Assembly (NCBI GenBank): GCA_020137815.1
Contig: CM035360.1
Span: 7,874,001-7,938,000 of the forward strand
Reading direction: 5' to 3'
DNA: 64,000 bases
Source: Hormiphora californensis
Lineage: Eukaryota; Animalia; Ctenophora
In this document: in pieces, positions 62,791 to 64,000 of the stretch
Layout of the letters: each line of letters begins with the position of its first letter
How positions within the stretch are numbered: position 1 is the stretch's first letter
Position numbers and translations under genes: made by a program
The notes under the pieces: generated by a model
Seen by the model: the letters and a program-made list of their open reading frames with translations, nothing else
Told to the model about the DNA's origin: nothing
The model's database searches: none

Positions 62791-64000
62791 GTATGTAATT
62801 TAAATTAGTTTGTCGGTTTGAGCCAAGGCTGTCGGCACGATGCCTGACCGCTCTCCTCATGAGAGCACTGCTTTTAGTGATAATGAAATAAATAGATAAG
62901 TTTATCAAATTTTCAGACTTGAGAGATAAGACAAAGTTCATTCCAGTCATAAAAAGGATATTTTTACTTCCAGTCATAAAAATGAACTTTGAGCTAAAAG
63001 TCTGAAATTTTGGTCAAGTTATTTATTTGTATCATTTGGCCCATTTTTAACGTTTTGGGTTCTAAAATACGCAATATATACAGCAGGAAGAAAAAAGTTA
63101 TATAGGCTATCCAATATTGGATAGCCTATATAACTTTTTTCTTCCTGCTGTATTAATTAAATAAAACTTGCAGATTTTAAAATTTAGCTCGGCTGAAAGG
63201 TAAACGTCTCATTGGCCAATGAGACGTTTACCTTTCAGCCGAGCTAAATTTTAAAATCTGCAAGTTTTATTTAATTGGTTAATTAATCAATTCAAATAAT
63301 TTGGTGAGGCTTTTTTGGAAAAGTTGCACTGGGGCAAAGTGGCCCAAGCCAATAGCATTGCTAAATTTTATCACGTGACTGATGTTGTTAACAACATCAG
63401 TCACGTGATACTTTGTGCAACTTTTTTCTAATTAGAACACAGATAGTTGGGGAAAAGTGGCCCATGTTGTCTCCAGCAGGTTCTGTTCTGGACCACTTTG
63501 CCCCAGTGTCACGTGGTATTGCAAACTAAATTTCATTGGTCCAAGCAGAAAAAGAGGACCAATCAGGATTGGGGATAAAGAAATGCTAGTGTGCGTGTGT
63601 AACCATGATAACACACACACACACACACACACACAGCTCCTGTTCTGGACCACTTTGCCCCTATGCATTCCAATGTCACGTGGTATCACGTGGTATTGCA
63701 GGTTCCATTTCATTGGTCCTAGAGGTGGACCACTTTGCCCCAGGGTGGACCACGTTGCCCCAGAGAGTGGTCCATATTTGCCCCGGTTTGACTCATTTGA
63801 CAATTTGATAAAATTAACATTGAGTTTTTTGAAAAAATTTTATATCAGGGTTTAGAAGGATAAAAACCCTAACTGGTAGTTTTTGCAAAATTAAAATCGG
63901 CCAACTCAAACAGAAATTATAGCAGTTTTAAAGCAAAAAATCCGGAACAGAACGAGCAGGTCTCCGCTGGAGAAAAAGTCACGTGACCACATGTTATTAC

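Overview
AT-rich, transposon-dense eukaryotic DNA, most likely from an invertebrate animal. An early-branching lineage such as a ctenophore is plausible but cannot be shown from this window. Reading GT-AG exons by hand on the + strand gives two host genes that the ORF track largely misses. (1) A divergent voltage-gated calcium channel beta subunit (CACNB-like; SH3-HOOK-guanylate kinase) with 11 phase-consistent exons from 19600 to 49739, and probably a long novel N-terminal extension in exons from 802 to 9228. (2) The first four exons of an ABCC/SUR-like (TMD0) membrane protein starting at 60255. Introns and intergenic DNA are nested mobile elements: an Ingi/RTE-type LINE 5' end with an HDV-like ribozyme fold, a 2A (DIETNPGP) peptide and PHD-like fingers; a Penelope-like (probably Naiad-type) retroelement with an inverted pseudo-LTR and two hammerhead-like motifs; a tRNA-derived SINE with a 13-bp TSD; four GG...CC foldback elements with 8-bp TSDs; Kolobok-, Tc1/pogo-, hAT-, Harbinger-, Helitron- and Helentron-like non-autonomous elements; and many perfect palindromes with little or no loop. 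All calls come from manual reading; no database searches were run.
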